NCBI GenBank assembly: GCA_001777915.1
Contig: MFFN01000009.1
Coordinates: 2,783-66,782, forward strand
Length of the DNA stretch: 64,000 nucleotides
DNA from: Candidatus Edwardsbacteria bacterium RifOxyA12_full_54_48
GTDB lineage: Bacteria > Edwardsbacteria > AC1 > EtOH8
Direction of reading: 5' to 3'
Positions 1 through 11,956 of the stretch are shown here, piece after piece (position 1 is the stretch's first letter; every line of letters begins with the position of its first letter). Under the pieces are notes generated by a model, which saw only the letters and a list, made by a program, of their open reading frames with translations, was not told where the DNA came from and made no database searches. The position numbers and the translations under genes are program-made.

Positions 1-267
1 GAGTGCATGGCCACCCTGGGACAGGTGGGCAACCTGGAAAACGAGAATATTTCCATCGGCAAGGCCGGGCGCAACCGCTGGCTGGGCGTCAAACCCCACA
101 GCCGGGGCGTGGCCAAGAACCCGCATGATCACCCGATGGGCGGTGGCGAGGGAAAATCCTCCGGCGGCAGGCATCCCTGCAGTTCCAAGGGCCTGCTGTC
201 CAAGGGCAAAAAGACCAGAAAGAAGAAGAAGACAACCAGTAAATTCATCCTTAAGAGGAGAAAATAA
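1..267 (+). CDS. rplB: 50S ribosomal protein L2, C-terminal part (5' end lies outside the window)
   Basis: The frame is open from base 1. [30 protein letters not shown] is the conserved L2 C-terminus, and rpsS follows as in S10 operons. Confidence 0.9.
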   Translation, partial: ECMATLGQVGNLENENISIGKAGRNRWLGVKPHSRGVAKNPHDHPMGGGEGKSSGGRHPCSSKGLLSKGKKTRKKKKTTSKFILKRRK

Positions 268-617
268 TGTCCCGCTCCCTTAAAAAAGGACCCTATATCG
301 ATCCCAAACTGCTGGCCAAGATCGAGGCCCTGGTGGCCTCCGGGGAAAAGAAGGTCATCAAGACCTGGGCCCGGCGCTCCATGGTGCCACCCGAATTCGT
401 CAGCTATACCATCGCGGTCCACAACGGCAATAAATTCATCCCGGTATATATCACCGAAAATATGGTGGGGCACAAGCTGGGCGAATTCGCGCCCACCCGG
501 ACCTTCCGCAAGCACGGGGCGGTCGGCAAGGAAGTGGACAAAAAGAAAAGGACCGAGACCACTACCGCCGCCATACCGGCAGCTGCAGCGGCGGCCCCGG
601 CGGCCACCAAGGCATAA
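267..617 (+). CDS. rpsS: 30S ribosomal protein S19 with an Ala-rich C-terminal tail
   Basis: [12 protein letters not shown]...[29 protein letters not shown] is the S19 signature. The ATG overlaps the rplB stop (TAATG). Confidence 0.93.
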   Translation: MSRSLKKGPYIDPKLLAKIEALVASGEKKVIKTWARRSMVPPEFVSYTIAVHNGNKFIPVYITENMVGHKLGEFAPTRTFRKHGAVGKEVDKKKRTETTTAAIPAAAAAAPAATKA

Positions 618-634
618 GGAGCGACAGATAGAAG

Positions 635-982
635 ATGGAAGCATTATCCAGAAAAAGGCATATCCGGGTCACCCCCCGGAAGATGAGGGCGGTGGCCGAC
701 CTGATCAGGGGCAAGAAATGCAACGAAGCCCTGTCGATACTCAAATTCGTTCCCAAATCGGGCAGCCCCCACCTGGCCAAGGCTGTCAAATCGGCGGTGG
801 CCTCGGCGGTGGAGACCGCCGGCAACGCCAAGGCCGATCCCGATACCCTGAGGATATCCGAGATCAGGGTGGACGAGGGCATCATCATGAAGCGGTTCCG
901 CCCCCGGGCCCGGGGCCGGGCCGACCGCCGGCTGAAGCGCACCAGTAATCTCTTGGTTCGGGTTTCCGACCAGGCTAAATAA
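635..982 (+). CDS. rplV: 50S ribosomal protein L22
   Basis: The motifs RHIRVTPRKMRAVADLIRGK and RFRPRARGRA are typical of L22, and the gene sits between rpsS and rpsC. Confidence 0.92.
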   Translation: MEALSRKRHIRVTPRKMRAVADLIRGKKCNEALSILKFVPKSGSPHLAKAVKSAVASAVETAGNAKADPDTLRISEIRVDEGIIMKRFRPRARGRADRRLKRTSNLLVRVSDQAK

Positions 983-1000
983 ATTAACGGAGGTAAAGGT

Positions 1001-1648
1001 TTGGGTCAGAAGACACATCCCATAGGGTTAAGGCTGGGGATCATCAAGACCTGGGACTCCAGGTGGTTCGCCAAGAATGATTTTGCCAGCCTGCTGGAGG
1101 AGGACGAGAGGATCCGGCGCTACCTGCGGCAGAAGCTGATGAATGCCAGCATTTCCAAGATAGAGATCGAAAGGACATCCAAGCGGGTGACGGTGACCAT
1201 CCACACTTCCAGGCCGGGCATCGTCATCGGCCGCAAGGGCGGCGAGATCGAGAAGCTTAAGGCCGAGATCCAGCACCTGACCGCCCAGAAGGAGGTCCAC
1301 CTGAATATCTCCGAGATAAAGGTGCCCGAGATGGATGCCCGCCTGGTGGCCGACAATATCGCCCGCCAGCTGGAACAGCGGATCTCCTTCCGCCGGGCCA
1401 TGAAGAAGGCCGTTCAGAGCACGCTCCGAATGGGGGCCTACGGGATCAAGATCGCCTGCGGCGGGCGCCTGGGAGGGGCCGAGATCGCCCGAACCGAAAG
1501 CTACCGCGAGGGCCGGGTGCCCATGCATACCCTCCGGGCCGATATCGATTACGCCACCTCCACCTCGCACACCACCTTCGGCTGCATCGGGATCAAGGTC
1601 TGGATATTCAAGGGCGAGGTGCTGGGCAAGCAGGCGGTAGCCAAATAG
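1001..1648 (+). CDS. rpsC: 30S ribosomal protein S3
   Basis: [23 protein letters not shown] plus a KH-domain region; TTG start preceded by GGAGG. Confidence 0.93.
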   Translation: MGQKTHPIGLRLGIIKTWDSRWFAKNDFASLLEEDERIRRYLRQKLMNASISKIEIERTSKRVTVTIHTSRPGIVIGRKGGEIEKLKAEIQHLTAQKEVHLNISEIKVPEMDARLVADNIARQLEQRISFRRAMKKAVQSTLRMGAYGIKIACGGRLGGAEIARTESYREGRVPMHTLRADIDYATSTSHTTFGCIGIKVWIFKGEVLGKQAVAK

Positions 1649-1684
1649 GAATAATTAACCGACTTTCTGGAGTTGTAAAACACT

Positions 1685-2113
1685 ATGTTGATGCCAAAGC
1701 GGGTAAAACACCGCAAACAAAGAAGGGGACGCAGGTGCGGCCTGGCCACCAGGGGACATTACGTAGCTTTCGGTGAATTCGGGCTCCAATCGCTGGACGC
1801 CGCCTGGATCACCGACCGGCAGATAGAGGCGGCCCGGGTGGCCATGACCAGATTCATCAAGAGAGGCGGCCGGGTCTGGATCAGGATCTTTCCCGATAAA
1901 CCGGTGACCTCCAAGCCGGCCGAGACCAGGATGGGCAAGGGCAAAGGGGCCCCCGATCACTGGGTGGCCGTGGTCAAGCCGGGCCGGGTGATGTTCGAGA
2001 TCGGCGGGATCCCAGAGGCCACCGCCAAGAAGGCCATGCTGCTGGCTTCCCACAAATTGCCCATTAAAACCAGGATGGTTCCGCGCCATCGCCATATCGA
2101 GGTGACGAAATGA
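1685..2113 (+). CDS. rplP: 50S ribosomal protein L16
   Basis: [16 protein letters not shown]...[24 protein letters not shown]; the start could instead be the second ATG at 1691. Confidence 0.93.
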   Translation: MLMPKRVKHRKQRRGRRCGLATRGHYVAFGEFGLQSLDAAWITDRQIEAARVAMTRFIKRGGRVWIRIFPDKPVTSKPAETRMGKGKGAPDHWVAVVKPGRVMFEIGGIPEATAKKAMLLASHKLPIKTRMVPRHRHIEVTK

Positions 2114-2340
2114 AAAAGACCAAAGAGCTTCGGGAGATGACCCGGGCCGAAGTGGAGCAGAAGCTGAAGGAGGAGACCGAGGCCAACTTCAACCTGAAAC
2201 TGCGCCGCAACACCCAGCAGATCCCCAATCCCCTGCAACTTAGGCACACCCGCCGTTCGGTGGCCCGGATGAAGACGGTTCTCAATGAGGACCTCAAGAG
2301 CATCCGCAAACTGGCCGCCGGCGCCGGATCGAAGGAGTAG
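2110..2340 (+). CDS. rpmC: 50S ribosomal protein L29
   Basis: ATGA overlap with rplP; [28 protein letters not shown] is typical of L29. Confidence 0.88.
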   Translation: MKKTKELREMTRAEVEQKLKEETEANFNLKLRRNTQQIPNPLQLRHTRRSVARMKTVLNEDLKSIRKLAAGAGSKE

Positions 2341-2345
2341 AACAG

Positions 2346-2603
2346 ATGGCAGAGAGAAATTTAAGAAAGACCAGGATCGGCAAGGTGGTGGGAGACAAGA
2401 TGAACAAGACCATCGTCGTGGCTGTGGAGCGAAGGGTCAAGCATCCTCTGTACAGCAGGGTGGTCAAAAGGACCACCAAATATTACGCCCATTCCGAGGA
2501 GCAATCGGCCAAGCTGGGCGATACCGTCAGGATCATAGAGACCAAGCCCATTTCCAAGACCAAGCGCTGGCGCCTGGTGGAAGTGGTGGAGAAGGCCAAG
2601 TAG
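2346..2603 (+). CDS. rpsQ: 30S ribosomal protein S17
   Basis: [38 protein letters not shown]...[12 protein letters not shown]. Confidence 0.92.
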   Translation: MAERNLRKTRIGKVVGDKMNKTIVVAVERRVKHPLYSRVVKRTTKYYAHSEEQSAKLGDTVRIIETKPISKTKRWRLVEVVEKAK

Positions 2604-2678
2604 TAATCAATCGTTATATTTAAACCAAATATAAGATAAACAATCCCTGAAAAAACGGGGCAGCAAGGCAGGAAAAAT

Positions 2679-3047
2679 ATGATTCAACAATATACCAGGG
2701 TAAATATCGCCGACAACTCGGGCGCCAAGAAGGCCATGTGCATTCAGGTGATGGGCGGCCATTTCCGCCGCTACGGTTCGGTGGGCGATATCATCAAGGT
2801 GGCCGTCAAGGACGTGTTGCCCGGCGGGGCCATCAAAAAAGGCGAGGTGGCCAGGGCGGTGATCGTCCGGACCAGGAAGGAGATCCGCCGCAAGGATGGT
2901 TCCTACATCCGGTTCGACGATAACGCTGCGGTGATCATCGATGACAAGAACGAGCCCAAGGGCACCCGTATTTTCGGCCCGGTGGGCCGGGAGCTGAGGG
3001 ACCGTCAGTTCATGAAGATCATCTCTTTGGCCCCGGAAGTGATATAG
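2679..3047 (+). CDS. rplN: 50S ribosomal protein L14
   Basis: [24 protein letters not shown]...[24 protein letters not shown]. Confidence 0.95.
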   Translation: MIQQYTRVNIADNSGAKKAMCIQVMGGHFRRYGSVGDIIKVAVKDVLPGGAIKKGEVARAVIVRTRKEIRRKDGSYIRFDDNAAVIIDDKNEPKGTRIFGPVGRELRDRQFMKIISLAPEVI

Positions 3048-3060
3048 GAGCGGATGTAAA

Positions 3061-3378
3061 ATGAAGATCAAAAAAAGCGACAGCGTCATAGTAATAGCCG
3101 GCAATGACAAGGGCAAGAAGGGAAAGGTCCTGAAGATTTTGCCGGATAAGGGACGGGCCATCGTGGAGGGGGTTAATTTCATCAAGCGCCATACCAAGCC
3201 CCGCAAACAGGGCGAGAAGAGCGGGATCTTGGAGAAGGAGGCGGCCATAAACCTCACCAACCTGATGGTGGTCTGCACCAAGTGCGACAAGGGGGTCAGG
3301 GTGGGCATCCGGACCCTGGCCGATGGCAAGCGGGCCCGGGTCTGCAAGTCCTGCGGCGAGATGCTGGACAAAGAATAG
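3061..3378 (+). CDS. rplX: 50S ribosomal protein L24
   Basis: KIKKSDSVIVIAGNDKGKKGKVLKILPDKGRAIVEGVN (KOW motif), in the conserved spc-operon position. Confidence 0.9.
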   Translation: MKIKKSDSVIVIAGNDKGKKGKVLKILPDKGRAIVEGVNFIKRHTKPRKQGEKSGILEKEAAINLTNLMVVCTKCDKGVRVGIRTLADGKRARVCKSCGEMLDKE

Positions 3379-3502
3379 GCCGTTGGGCTTTCCCGCCAAA
3401 CACACTAATATGGTTTACTCTTATATATTTCGCGTTTTTTGTGGGGAAAAGAATAGGTCAAAAGTTACCGCAGTAAGTTCATACTAAAAAATTAGGAACA
3501 AA

Positions 3503-4045
3503 ATGGCAAGATTAAGAGAGAAATACACCAAGGAAGTCAAGCCGGCCCTGGTCAAAAAATTCGGATACAAGAGCGTGATGCAGGCCCCCCGCCTGGAGAA
3601 GGTGGTGGTCAACATGGGCTTGGGCGAGGGCACCCAGGATCCCAAGCTGGTGGAGGCCGCCGCCAAGGATCTGGGCACCATCACCGGCCAGAAGCCCTCC
3701 ATCCGCAAAGCCAAGAAATCCATCGCCACCTTCAAGCTGCGGGCCGGGGTGCCCATCGGCGCCATGGTGACCCTGCGGGGCAATATCATGTACGAATTTA
3801 TCGACCGGCTGCTCAACGTGGCCATTCCCCGTATCCGCGACTTCCGGGGCGTGCCCACCAGGTCGTTTGACGGCCGGGGCAACTACACCCTGGGGGTCAA
3901 GGAGCAGATCATCTTTCCCGAGATCAACTACGACAAGATCGTCAAAGTTTTCGGCATGGACATCACCATCGTCACCACCGCCAAGACCGACGAGGAGGCC
4001 AAGGAACTGCTGCGCCTGATGGGCATGCCGTTCCAGCAGAAGTAG
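3503..4045 (+). CDS. rplE: 50S ribosomal protein L5
   Basis: [39 protein letters not shown]...[19 protein letters not shown]. Confidence 0.95.
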   Translation: MARLREKYTKEVKPALVKKFGYKSVMQAPRLEKVVVNMGLGEGTQDPKLVEAAAKDLGTITGQKPSIRKAKKSIATFKLRAGVPIGAMVTLRGNIMYEFIDRLLNVAIPRIRDFRGVPTRSFDGRGNYTLGVKEQIIFPEINYDKIVKVFGMDITIVTTAKTDEEAKELLRLMGMPFQQK

Positions 4046-4108
4046 CCGCCGCCAGCATCAGACGGTTTTAATAAAACAGAACATATAACCAGGAAGGAAT
4101 AACAACCT

Positions 4109-4291
4109 ATGGCCAGAAAGGCTATGATCGAAAAGGCTGCCAGGCCAAAATATCAGGTGAGACAGCATAATCGCTGCAACCGCTGCGGCCGCTCCCGTGC
4201 ATATTACCGGGATTTCGGCTTATGCCGCATCTGCCTGAGGGAACTGATACTGCGGGGCGAGGTCCCGGGCCTGACCAAAGCCAGCTGGTAA
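4109..4291 (+). CDS. rpsZ: 30S ribosomal protein S14, zinc-binding type Z
   Basis: A 60-aa protein with CNRCGR...CRIC and a terminal KASW. Confidence 0.92.
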   Translation: MARKAMIEKAARPKYQVRQHNRCNRCGRSRAYYRDFGLCRICLRELILRGEVPGLTKASW

Positions 4292-4324
4292 TTCGATTCT
4301 AAAGAATTTTAGGAGAATAACGAT

Positions 4325-4723
4325 ATGTCGATGACCGATCCCATTGCCGATATGCTGACCAGGATCCGAAATGCGGGCAAAGCCAAACTAAAGAAGGTGG
4401 ACATCCCGTCATCCAAGATGAAGCTGGGGATCACCAAGATCCTGATGAAGGAGCGCCTGATCTCCAACTTCAAATATATCACCGACAACCGGCAGAATAT
4501 CATCCGGGTCTACATTAGATACGATGATAAGGGCAGCCATTTCATCAAGGGGCTGAAAAGGGTCAGCACCCCCGGCCTGAGGGTCTACGCCCCCGGGGAC
4601 AAAGTGCCCAAGGTGAAAAGCGGAACCGGCCTGGCCATTATCTCTACCTCCCAGGGCCTGATGAAGGACAAGGATGCCCGCAAGAGCGGGGTGGGCGGTG
4701 AAGTAGTCTGTTACATCTGGTAA
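4325..4723 (+). CDS. rpsH: 30S ribosomal protein S8
   Basis: MTDPIADMLTRIRNAGKAK...GGEVVCYIW. Confidence 0.95.
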   Translation: MSMTDPIADMLTRIRNAGKAKLKKVDIPSSKMKLGITKILMKERLISNFKYITDNRQNIIRVYIRYDDKGSHFIKGLKRVSTPGLRVYAPGDKVPKVKSGTGLAIISTSQGLMKDKDARKSGVGGEVVCYIW

Positions 4724-4750
4724 TTGATAGTTTTTTTAAGGAGAAATGAA

Positions 4751-5332
4751 GTGTCTCGGGTTGGAAAAAAACCAATAAACTTGCCCCAGGGGGTGAAGGC
4801 CGAAATAAAAGCCGGCTCGGTCAAAGTGACCGGCCCCAAGGGATCCATAGAACAGCCCTTCCACCCCAACATCAAGGTGGCGCTGGAGGGCGACAAATTG
4901 ACGGTGTCCCGGAGCAGCGACGATAAGTTCGACCGGGCTTTGCACGGATTGACCCGGGCCCTGCTGGCCAACGCGGTCACCGGGGTGAGCCAGGGTTTCC
5001 AGAAAGTGCTGCAGGTATACGGGATCGGCTACAAGGCGGTGATAGAGCCCAAGGGCCTGACCCTGTCGCTGGGATATTCCCACACCGTCTTCCTGCCCAA
5101 GCCGGACGGCATAGATTTTGAGATCCAGGACCAGCCGCTGCTGAAGGTCAAGGACAAGACCTATCAGACCAGCATCGTGGTCAAGGGCATCAATCGCCAG
5201 ACGGTGGGGGAGGTGGCGGCCGCCATCAGGCAGTTCCGCAAGCCGGAGCCCTACCAGGGCAAGGGGATCCGCTACCAGGATGAGGTCGTCCGCCGCAAGG
5301 CCGGCAAGGCCGCTGCGGGGGCCGGCGGGTAA
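4751..5332 (+). CDS. rplF: 50S ribosomal protein L6
   Basis: (V)SRVGKKPINLPQGVKAEIKAGSVKVTGPKG. An in-frame GTG at 4751 lies 6 nt after AAGGAG; the track ORF starts upstream at 4724. Confidence 0.9.
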   Translation: MSRVGKKPINLPQGVKAEIKAGSVKVTGPKGSIEQPFHPNIKVALEGDKLTVSRSSDDKFDRALHGLTRALLANAVTGVSQGFQKVLQVYGIGYKAVIEPKGLTLSLGYSHTVFLPKPDGIDFEIQDQPLLKVKDKTYQTSIVVKGINRQTVGEVAAAIRQFRKPEPYQGKGIRYQDEVVRRKAGKAAAGAGG

Positions 5333-5435
5333 CGGATCAGGGCGCCCCAAAATATATTCACCGGGCTTTGGCAGAAGTAAGCCATAACGGATCAGCCTTC
5401 AAACCGAAAATTCCTAATTAACCGGATATACAAAG

Positions 5436-5789
5436 ATGTCAGATAAAGCAAAACAGATCAGAGATGCCAGGATCAGGCGTCACATCAGAATTCGCCGCAA
5501 GGTCAGGGGGACCGGGGAGCGTCCCCGGCTGTGTGTGTTCCGCAGTTCCAAACACATCTATGCCCAGATCATCGACGATTTCAACCACAAGACCCTGGCC
5601 TCCACCGGGCGGCTGGAGCATACCGACAGCGGCAAGATAGCCGAGAGCAAGTTGGTGGGCCAAAGGATCGCCAAACTGGCCATGGACAAGGGGATCACCC
5701 AGGTGATCTTCGACCGAGGGGGATACATCTACCACGGCCGGGTCAAGGCCTTGGCCGAAGCAGCCAGAGAAGCAGGTTTAAAATTCTAA
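5436..5789 (+). CDS. rplR: 50S ribosomal protein L18
   Basis: [36 protein letters not shown]...[26 protein letters not shown]. Confidence 0.94.
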   Translation: MSDKAKQIRDARIRRHIRIRRKVRGTGERPRLCVFRSSKHIYAQIIDDFNHKTLASTGRLEHTDSGKIAESKLVGQRIAKLAMDKGITQVIFDRGGYIYHGRVKALAEAAREAGLKF

Positions 5790-5811
5790 AGCTATTTTAG
5801 GAGATAAGATT

Positions 5812-6384
5812 TTGGCAAAGGTAAACTTAAATTCCCTGGGCGATATCAAAGAGCAGGTGGTGCACATCAACCGGGTGGCCAAGGTGGTCAAAGGCGGCAA
5901 GCGCTTTGGCTTTACGGCCCTGGTGACGGTGGGCGACGGCAACGGACATGTGGGCATCGGCAAGGGAAAGGCCCGCGAAGTGTCGGAGGCCATCCGCAAG
6001 GCCACCGAGGATGCCAAGAAGAGCATCTCCCACTACTCCATCGCCGACGGCAAGATCCCCTATCAGGTCCTGGGAAAATACGGCGCCAGCCAGGTGGTCC
6101 TGCGCCCCGCCGGGCCGGGCACCGGAGTGATAGCCGGCAATGTGGTCCGCTCGGTGCTGGAGGCCTGCGGGGTCACCGACATTCTGACCAAGAGCCTGGG
6201 CTCCAACAATCCCCATAACCTGGTCAAGGCCACCCTGAACGGCCTGAAGCAGCTGCGCCTGCCCCAGGATATCATGGCCGAGAGGTTCAAGGATAAGGAG
6301 GCCAAGCCCGCCGCCAAACCGGTTGAAATCAAGCCGGCCGAAGCCGTTCCGGCCGAAGCCAAGCCGGAAGCGCCGGCCCAGTAG
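5812..6384 (+). CDS. rpsE: 30S ribosomal protein S5 with an A/K/P/E-rich C-terminal extension
   Basis: [42 protein letters not shown]; TTG start. Confidence 0.93.
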   Translation: MAKVNLNSLGDIKEQVVHINRVAKVVKGGKRFGFTALVTVGDGNGHVGIGKGKAREVSEAIRKATEDAKKSISHYSIADGKIPYQVLGKYGASQVVLRPAGPGTGVIAGNVVRSVLEACGVTDILTKSLGSNNPHNLVKATLNGLKQLRLPQDIMAERFKDKEAKPAAKPVEIKPAEAVPAEAKPEAPAQ

Positions 6385-6453
6385 GAAGCCAACCGATCTA
6401 TTTGCAGGCAGCCCCTGCCATGTTATAAATGATTTGTCAGTGAGGAATTTTCC

Positions 6454-6657
6454 GTGTCAAAAACAAAGAAGCTAAGAATAACCCAGGTCCATTCCACCAT
6501 CGACCGCACCGAGAAGCAGAAGAAGATCGTCCGATCGCTGGGCATCAGAAAACTCTACCATACGGTGGAGCAGAACGATACCCCCCAGATCAGGGGGATG
6601 GTCAAAAAGATCGAGCACCTGCTGAAAGTGGAAGAGATCACCGAAGGAGCCAAGTAA
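6454..6657 (+). CDS. rpmD: 50S ribosomal protein L30
   Basis: KLRITQVHSTIDRTEKQKKIVRSLGIRKLYHTV; GTG start; sits between rpsE and rplO. Confidence 0.88.
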   Translation: MSKTKKLRITQVHSTIDRTEKQKKIVRSLGIRKLYHTVEQNDTPQIRGMVKKIEHLLKVEEITEGAK

Positions 6658-6658
6658 C

Positions 6659-7105
6659 ATGAATCTTAACGATATCAGGCCGGCCAAGGGCTCGGTCAAG
6701 AACAGCAAGCGGCGAGGCTGCGGGACCGGCTCCGGACACGGCGGCACCTCCACCCGGGGGCACAAGGGGCAGAAATCACGGGCCGGCTCGGGGGCCAAGG
6801 TCCCGGCCTGGTTCGAGGGCGGCCAGATGCCGCTGCAGCGCCGGCTTCCCAAGCGGGGCTTCACCCCGCTGAAGAGAAGGATCTATCAGCTGGTGGACAT
6901 CTCCTCCTTGGCCAAGATCTCCGGGGCCAAGGAGATCGATCCGGCCTACCTGGCCAAGAAAGGGCTGATCAAAAGCACCCAGAAGCCGGTCAAGATCCTG
7001 GGCAAAGGCGAACTCAAGAACGCCCTGACCGTCAAGGCCAGCGCCTTCTCCGAAGGGGCCCGGAAATCTATAAAAGCCGCCGGGGGCAAGGCCGAGGTAG
7101 CCTAG
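6659..7105 (+). CDS. rplO: 50S ribosomal protein L15
   Basis: MNLNDIRPAKGSVKNSKRRGCGTGSGHGGTSTRGHKGQKSR...EGGQMPLQRRLPKRGF. Confidence 0.94.
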   Translation: MNLNDIRPAKGSVKNSKRRGCGTGSGHGGTSTRGHKGQKSRAGSGAKVPAWFEGGQMPLQRRLPKRGFTPLKRRIYQLVDISSLAKISGAKEIDPAYLAKKGLIKSTQKPVKILGKGELKNALTVKASAFSEGARKSIKAAGGKAEVA

Positions 7106-7163
7106 ATCGCAGCACCATGCTTGGCCCAAGAATTTAATTGCTAATTTACAGTAATGGATTTGG

Positions 7164-8480
<1,317 letters not shown>

Positions 8481-8483
8481 CCC

Positions 8484-9137
8484 ATGAGAATAGTCCTGTT
8501 CGGGGCCCCGGGCTCCGGCAAGGGAACCCAGGCGGCTTTCATCAGCCGGGATCGCAGGATACCGCATATCTCCACCGGCGACATGCTCAGGGAGGCCGCC
8601 AGGAACGGGACGGAGGTGGGGTTAAAGGCCAGATCCTTCATGGACCGCGGGGCTTTGGTGCCGGACCAGGTGATGATCGAGGTGGTGGCCCAGCGGCTGG
8701 AAAAGGATGACGCCCAAAAAGGATTTTTACTGGATGGCTTCCCCCGGACGGTGGAACAGGCCGAAAAGCTGGATGAGATCCTAAAGCTCCGGGGGATGAG
8801 CATCGATGTTGTTCTCTGGCTGGAGGTGGACGACCGGGAGCTGGTGAAAAGACTGACCTCCCGCCGGACCTGCCCCGGATGCGGGGCGATCTACAACCTT
8901 CTGTTCCAGGCCCCCAAAATCCCGGACAGATGCGATAAATGCGGATCGGCCCTGGACCAAAGGGTGGACGACCAGCCGGCCACCGCAAAAAAAAGGCTGG
9001 AGGTTTACCAACAGCAGACCTCCCCGCTGAAGGATTATTACCTCTCGCGCGGCATCCTCAAAAAGATAGACGGCGCTAAAACCCCCGATCAAGTATACAG
9101 TTCTTTAAAAGAAACCCTGTGGTCCGGGCGGAAATGA
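8484..9137 (+). CDS. adk: Adenylate kinase with a zinc-type lid
   Basis: MRIVLFGAPGSGKGTQA P-loop and a lid with CPGCG...CDKCG. Confidence 0.94.
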   Translation: MRIVLFGAPGSGKGTQAAFISRDRRIPHISTGDMLREAARNGTEVGLKARSFMDRGALVPDQVMIEVVAQRLEKDDAQKGFLLDGFPRTVEQAEKLDEILKLRGMSIDVVLWLEVDDRELVKRLTSRRTCPGCGAIYNLLFQAPKIPDRCDKCGSALDQRVDDQPATAKKRLEVYQQQTSPLKDYYLSRGILKKIDGAKTPDQVYSSLKETLWSGRK

Positions 9138-9883
9138 TAATCATCAACAGCAGCTCCGATATCTCCCGGATCAGGGAGGCCGGCAAGATAATCGCCGGTC
9201 TGTGGGATGTTTTTAAAAAATCCGTTGCCCCGGGCATATCAACCCTGGAGCTGGATGACCTGGCCTGCGATTTCATCAGGCAGCGGGGCGGCGAATGCGC
9301 CTTCAAGGGCTACCGCAACTATCCTGCCAACCTGTGCATCTCCATAAATCACGAGGTGGTCCACGGCATACCCCGGGCCGATCGGAAACTGAAATCAGGC
9401 GACCTGGTGGGGATAGACGTGGGGGTCCGCAAAGCGGGCTTTATCGCCGACGCCGCCCGGAGCTACCTGGTGGGCGACAGCCCCTCGCCGGAGGCCTTGA
9501 AGCTGATGGCGGTGACCCGGCAGTCGCTGGAGCTGGGGATCGAGCAGGCCCGGGCCGGCCACAAGGTCACCGACATCTCCAAGGCCGTCCAGCGGACGGC
9601 AGAGAACGCCGGATTTTCGGTGGTGCGGGAGCTGTGCGGCCACGGGGTGGGGGCCAGCCTCCACCAGGAGCCGGAGATCCCCAATTATTTCCGGCCCGGC
9701 CACAGCCCGGAGCTCAAGGCCGGGATGTCGCTGGCCATCGAGCCGATGATCAACACCGGGGGGGGCGAGGTGAAATTCCTGTCCGACGGCTGGACGGTGG
9801 TGACCAGGGACGGCAGCCTGTCGGCCCATTTTGAGGACACGGTGATAGTCACCGACGGAGACCCGGAGATAGTCACCAGATAG
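9134..9883 (+). CDS. map: Type I methionine aminopeptidase
   Basis: NHEVVHGIP...GIDVG...CGHGVG...LAIEPM metal-ligand pattern. The ATG at 9134 overlaps the adk stop (ATGA); the track ORF begins at 9119. Confidence 0.9.
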   Translation: MIIINSSSDISRIREAGKIIAGLWDVFKKSVAPGISTLELDDLACDFIRQRGGECAFKGYRNYPANLCISINHEVVHGIPRADRKLKSGDLVGIDVGVRKAGFIADAARSYLVGDSPSPEALKLMAVTRQSLELGIEQARAGHKVTDISKAVQRTAENAGFSVVRELCGHGVGASLHQEPEIPNYFRPGHSPELKAGMSLAIEPMINTGGGEVKFLSDGWTVVTRDGSLSAHFEDTVIVTDGDPEIVTR

Positions 9884-9933
9884 AGCGACCAGCCGGTAGC
9901 GATAACCCAATAACATCAGTAACCAAGGAGTGC

Positions 9934-10152
9934 ATGGCCAAACAGGAAGGGATACAGGTAGAAGGAACGGTGGTGGAGAATCTTCCCAACGCCACCTTCA
10001 GAGTGGAACTGCCCAATGGTCATAAGATACTGGCCCATATCTCCGGGAAGATGAGGATGCATTTCATCAAGATCCTTCCCGGTGACAAGGTGACGGTGGA
10101 GCTTTCTCCTTACGACCTGACCCGGGGCCGGATAGTATACCGTTTCAAGTAA
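9934..10152 (+). CDS. infA: Translation initiation factor IF-1
   Basis: [53 protein letters not shown]. Confidence 0.96.
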   Translation: MAKQEGIQVEGTVVENLPNATFRVELPNGHKILAHISGKMRMHFIKILPGDKVTVELSPYDLTRGRIVYRFK

Positions 10153-10189
10153 AAAAACAGTCCGTTAAGAATAAAGGAAATGGGATAAA

Positions 10190-10303
10190 ATGAAAGTAAG
10201 GGCTTCGATAAAAAAGATCTGCGAACACTGCAAAATGATCCGCCGCAAGGGGGTCTTAAGGATCATCTGCAAGAACCCCCGCCATAAGCAGAGGCAGGGC
10301 TAG
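10190..10303 (+). CDS. rpmJ: 50S ribosomal protein L36
   Basis: Hand translation gives [37 protein letters not shown] (37 aa, below the track cutoff), between infA and rpsM. Confidence 0.93.
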   Translation: MKVRASIKKICEHCKMIRRKGVLRIICKNPRHKQRQG

Positions 10304-10341
10304 TTAAATTTTTAAGCGTTTATATTTAAGGAGGCAATAAG

Positions 10342-10725
10342 GTGGCCAGAATTGCTGGTGTTGATCTTCCCCGCGAGAAGCGGATAGAGGTAGGGTTAAC
10401 CTATATTTTCGGTATCGGCCCGACTTCCGCCAAGAAGATACTTTCGGCAGGCAAGGTCGATCCCAATAAAAGGGTCAAGGATCTCACCGAGGACGAGGTG
10501 GGTCGGCTACGTTCCATCATCGAGGCCGAGCACAAGGTGGAGGGCACCAAGCGGACCGAGGTGGCTCTGTCGATCAAGCGCCTGATGGAGATCGGCTGCT
10601 ACCGGGGCCTCCGGCACCGCCGGGGACTGCCGGTGAGGGGCCAGCGCACCAAGACCAACGCCCGGACCAGGAAAGGGCCCAAGAAGGCCGGGGTGGTCAA
10701 GAAGAAGGCCCCGCCCAAGAAGTAA
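10342..10725 (+). CDS. rpsM: 30S ribosomal protein S13
   Basis: (V)[33 protein letters not shown]; GTG start after AAGGAGG. Confidence 0.95.
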   Translation: MARIAGVDLPREKRIEVGLTYIFGIGPTSAKKILSAGKVDPNKRVKDLTEDEVGRLRSIIEAEHKVEGTKRTEVALSIKRLMEIGCYRGLRHRRGLPVRGQRTKTNARTRKGPKKAGVVKKKAPPKK

Positions 10726-10769
10726 GATAAACTTTTCAGCGGTTAACATTTTCGATATAAAGGGGAAAA

Positions 10770-11159
10770 ATGGCTGAGGATAAAAAAAGCCAAAAGAAAA
10801 AAGAGAAGAAGATAGAGTCGGCCGGGATAGCCCATATCCAGTCGACCTTCAACAATACCATCGTCACCATTACCGACAAGAACGGCAACGTGATCGCCTG
10901 GGCCTCGGCCGGCAAGGCCGGGTTCAAGGGGTCCCGCAAATCCACCCCCTTTGCTGCCCAGGTGGCCGCCGAGAGCTGCGCCAAGGTCGCCCTGGGGTTG
11001 GGCATGCAGCGGGTGGAGGCCTGGGTCAAGGGCCCCGGCGGCGGACGGGAATCGGCCATCCGCTCTTTGCAGGCGGCCGGACTCAACATCAGCGTCATCC
11101 GGGATGTCACCCCGGTGCCGCACAACGGCTGCCGGGCCCCCAAGAGGAGGCGGGTCTAA
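10770..11159 (+). CDS. rpsK: 30S ribosomal protein S11
   Basis: [30 protein letters not shown]...[18 protein letters not shown]. Confidence 0.95.
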   Translation: MAEDKKSQKKKEKKIESAGIAHIQSTFNNTIVTITDKNGNVIAWASAGKAGFKGSRKSTPFAAQVAAESCAKVALGLGMQRVEAWVKGPGGGRESAIRSLQAAGLNISVIRDVTPVPHNGCRAPKRRRV

Positions 11160-11246
11160 AAGTCCGCAGGCGCTTTCGTCTGCGGTGTCGGAGGATCAAC
11201 CCCGGGATAATTTTCAAGGAAATCATTAAGGAGGTTTTTTACACAG

Positions 11247-11876
11247 ATGGCCAGATATACGGACGCTAGATGCAAACTGTGCCGCCGCGAGGGCACCAAG
11301 CTGTTTTTGAAGGGCGAGCGCTGCAATTCCGCCAAATGCGCCTTTGAGAAGAGGAGCTATCCTCCGGGCGAGCGCGGCAAAGAGATCAACCGGAAGCCTT
11401 CGGGCTATGCCATCCATCTCCGGGAAAAGCAGAAGGTGCGCCGCATCTACGGCATCCTGGAACGCCAGTTCCGGGGATACTTTGACAAGGCCTCCCGCAT
11501 GAAGGGGGTCACCGGCGAGAACCTGCTGTCGCTGCTGGAGAGGCGGATGGACAACGTGGTCTTCCGGATGGGGATGGCCCCCTCCCGCTCGGCCGCCCGC
11601 CAGCTGGTGGGCCACAAGCATTTCCTGGTGAACGATAAGGTGGTGAACATCCCCTCCTACCTGATCAAGCCGGGGGACGTGATCAAGGTCAAGGACAAGA
11701 GCAAAGAGAACATCATCATCAAGGAATCTCTGGATAAGAATAAAAGCCGAGCCCTGGTCTCCTGGCTGAAGTACGAGCCGGCCACCATGAGCGGCAGCCT
11801 GCTTAACGTGCCGACCCGGGACACCATCGGATTGCCGATCAACGAGCAGTTGATCATCGAGCTCTATTCCAAGTAG
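11247..11876 (+). CDS. rpsD: 30S ribosomal protein S4
   Basis: [26 protein letters not shown]...[17 protein letters not shown] plus an S4 RNA-binding domain. Confidence 0.95.
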   Translation: MARYTDARCKLCRREGTKLFLKGERCNSAKCAFEKRSYPPGERGKEINRKPSGYAIHLREKQKVRRIYGILERQFRGYFDKASRMKGVTGENLLSLLERRMDNVVFRMGMAPSRSAARQLVGHKHFLVNDKVVNIPSYLIKPGDVIKVKDKSKENIIIKESLDKNKSRALVSWLKYEPATMSGSLLNVPTRDTIGLPINEQLIIELYSK

Positions 11877-11956
11877 GCCTTAACTGCCTGGCTGGCCGCT
11901 GATAAAAAAGCGGCGGGCTCAACCTTCAACCGTTAAACAAGGGGGCAGACTTAACC

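Noticed and set aside
3379-3502. Unusually long (124 nt) AT-rich spacer between rplX and rplE, with similar gaps at 5333-5435 and 6385-6453
   Set aside because: I found no convincing hairpin, promoter or small ORF. These are probably just lineage-specific spacing or an autoregulatory leader that I cannot demonstrate from the sequence alone.
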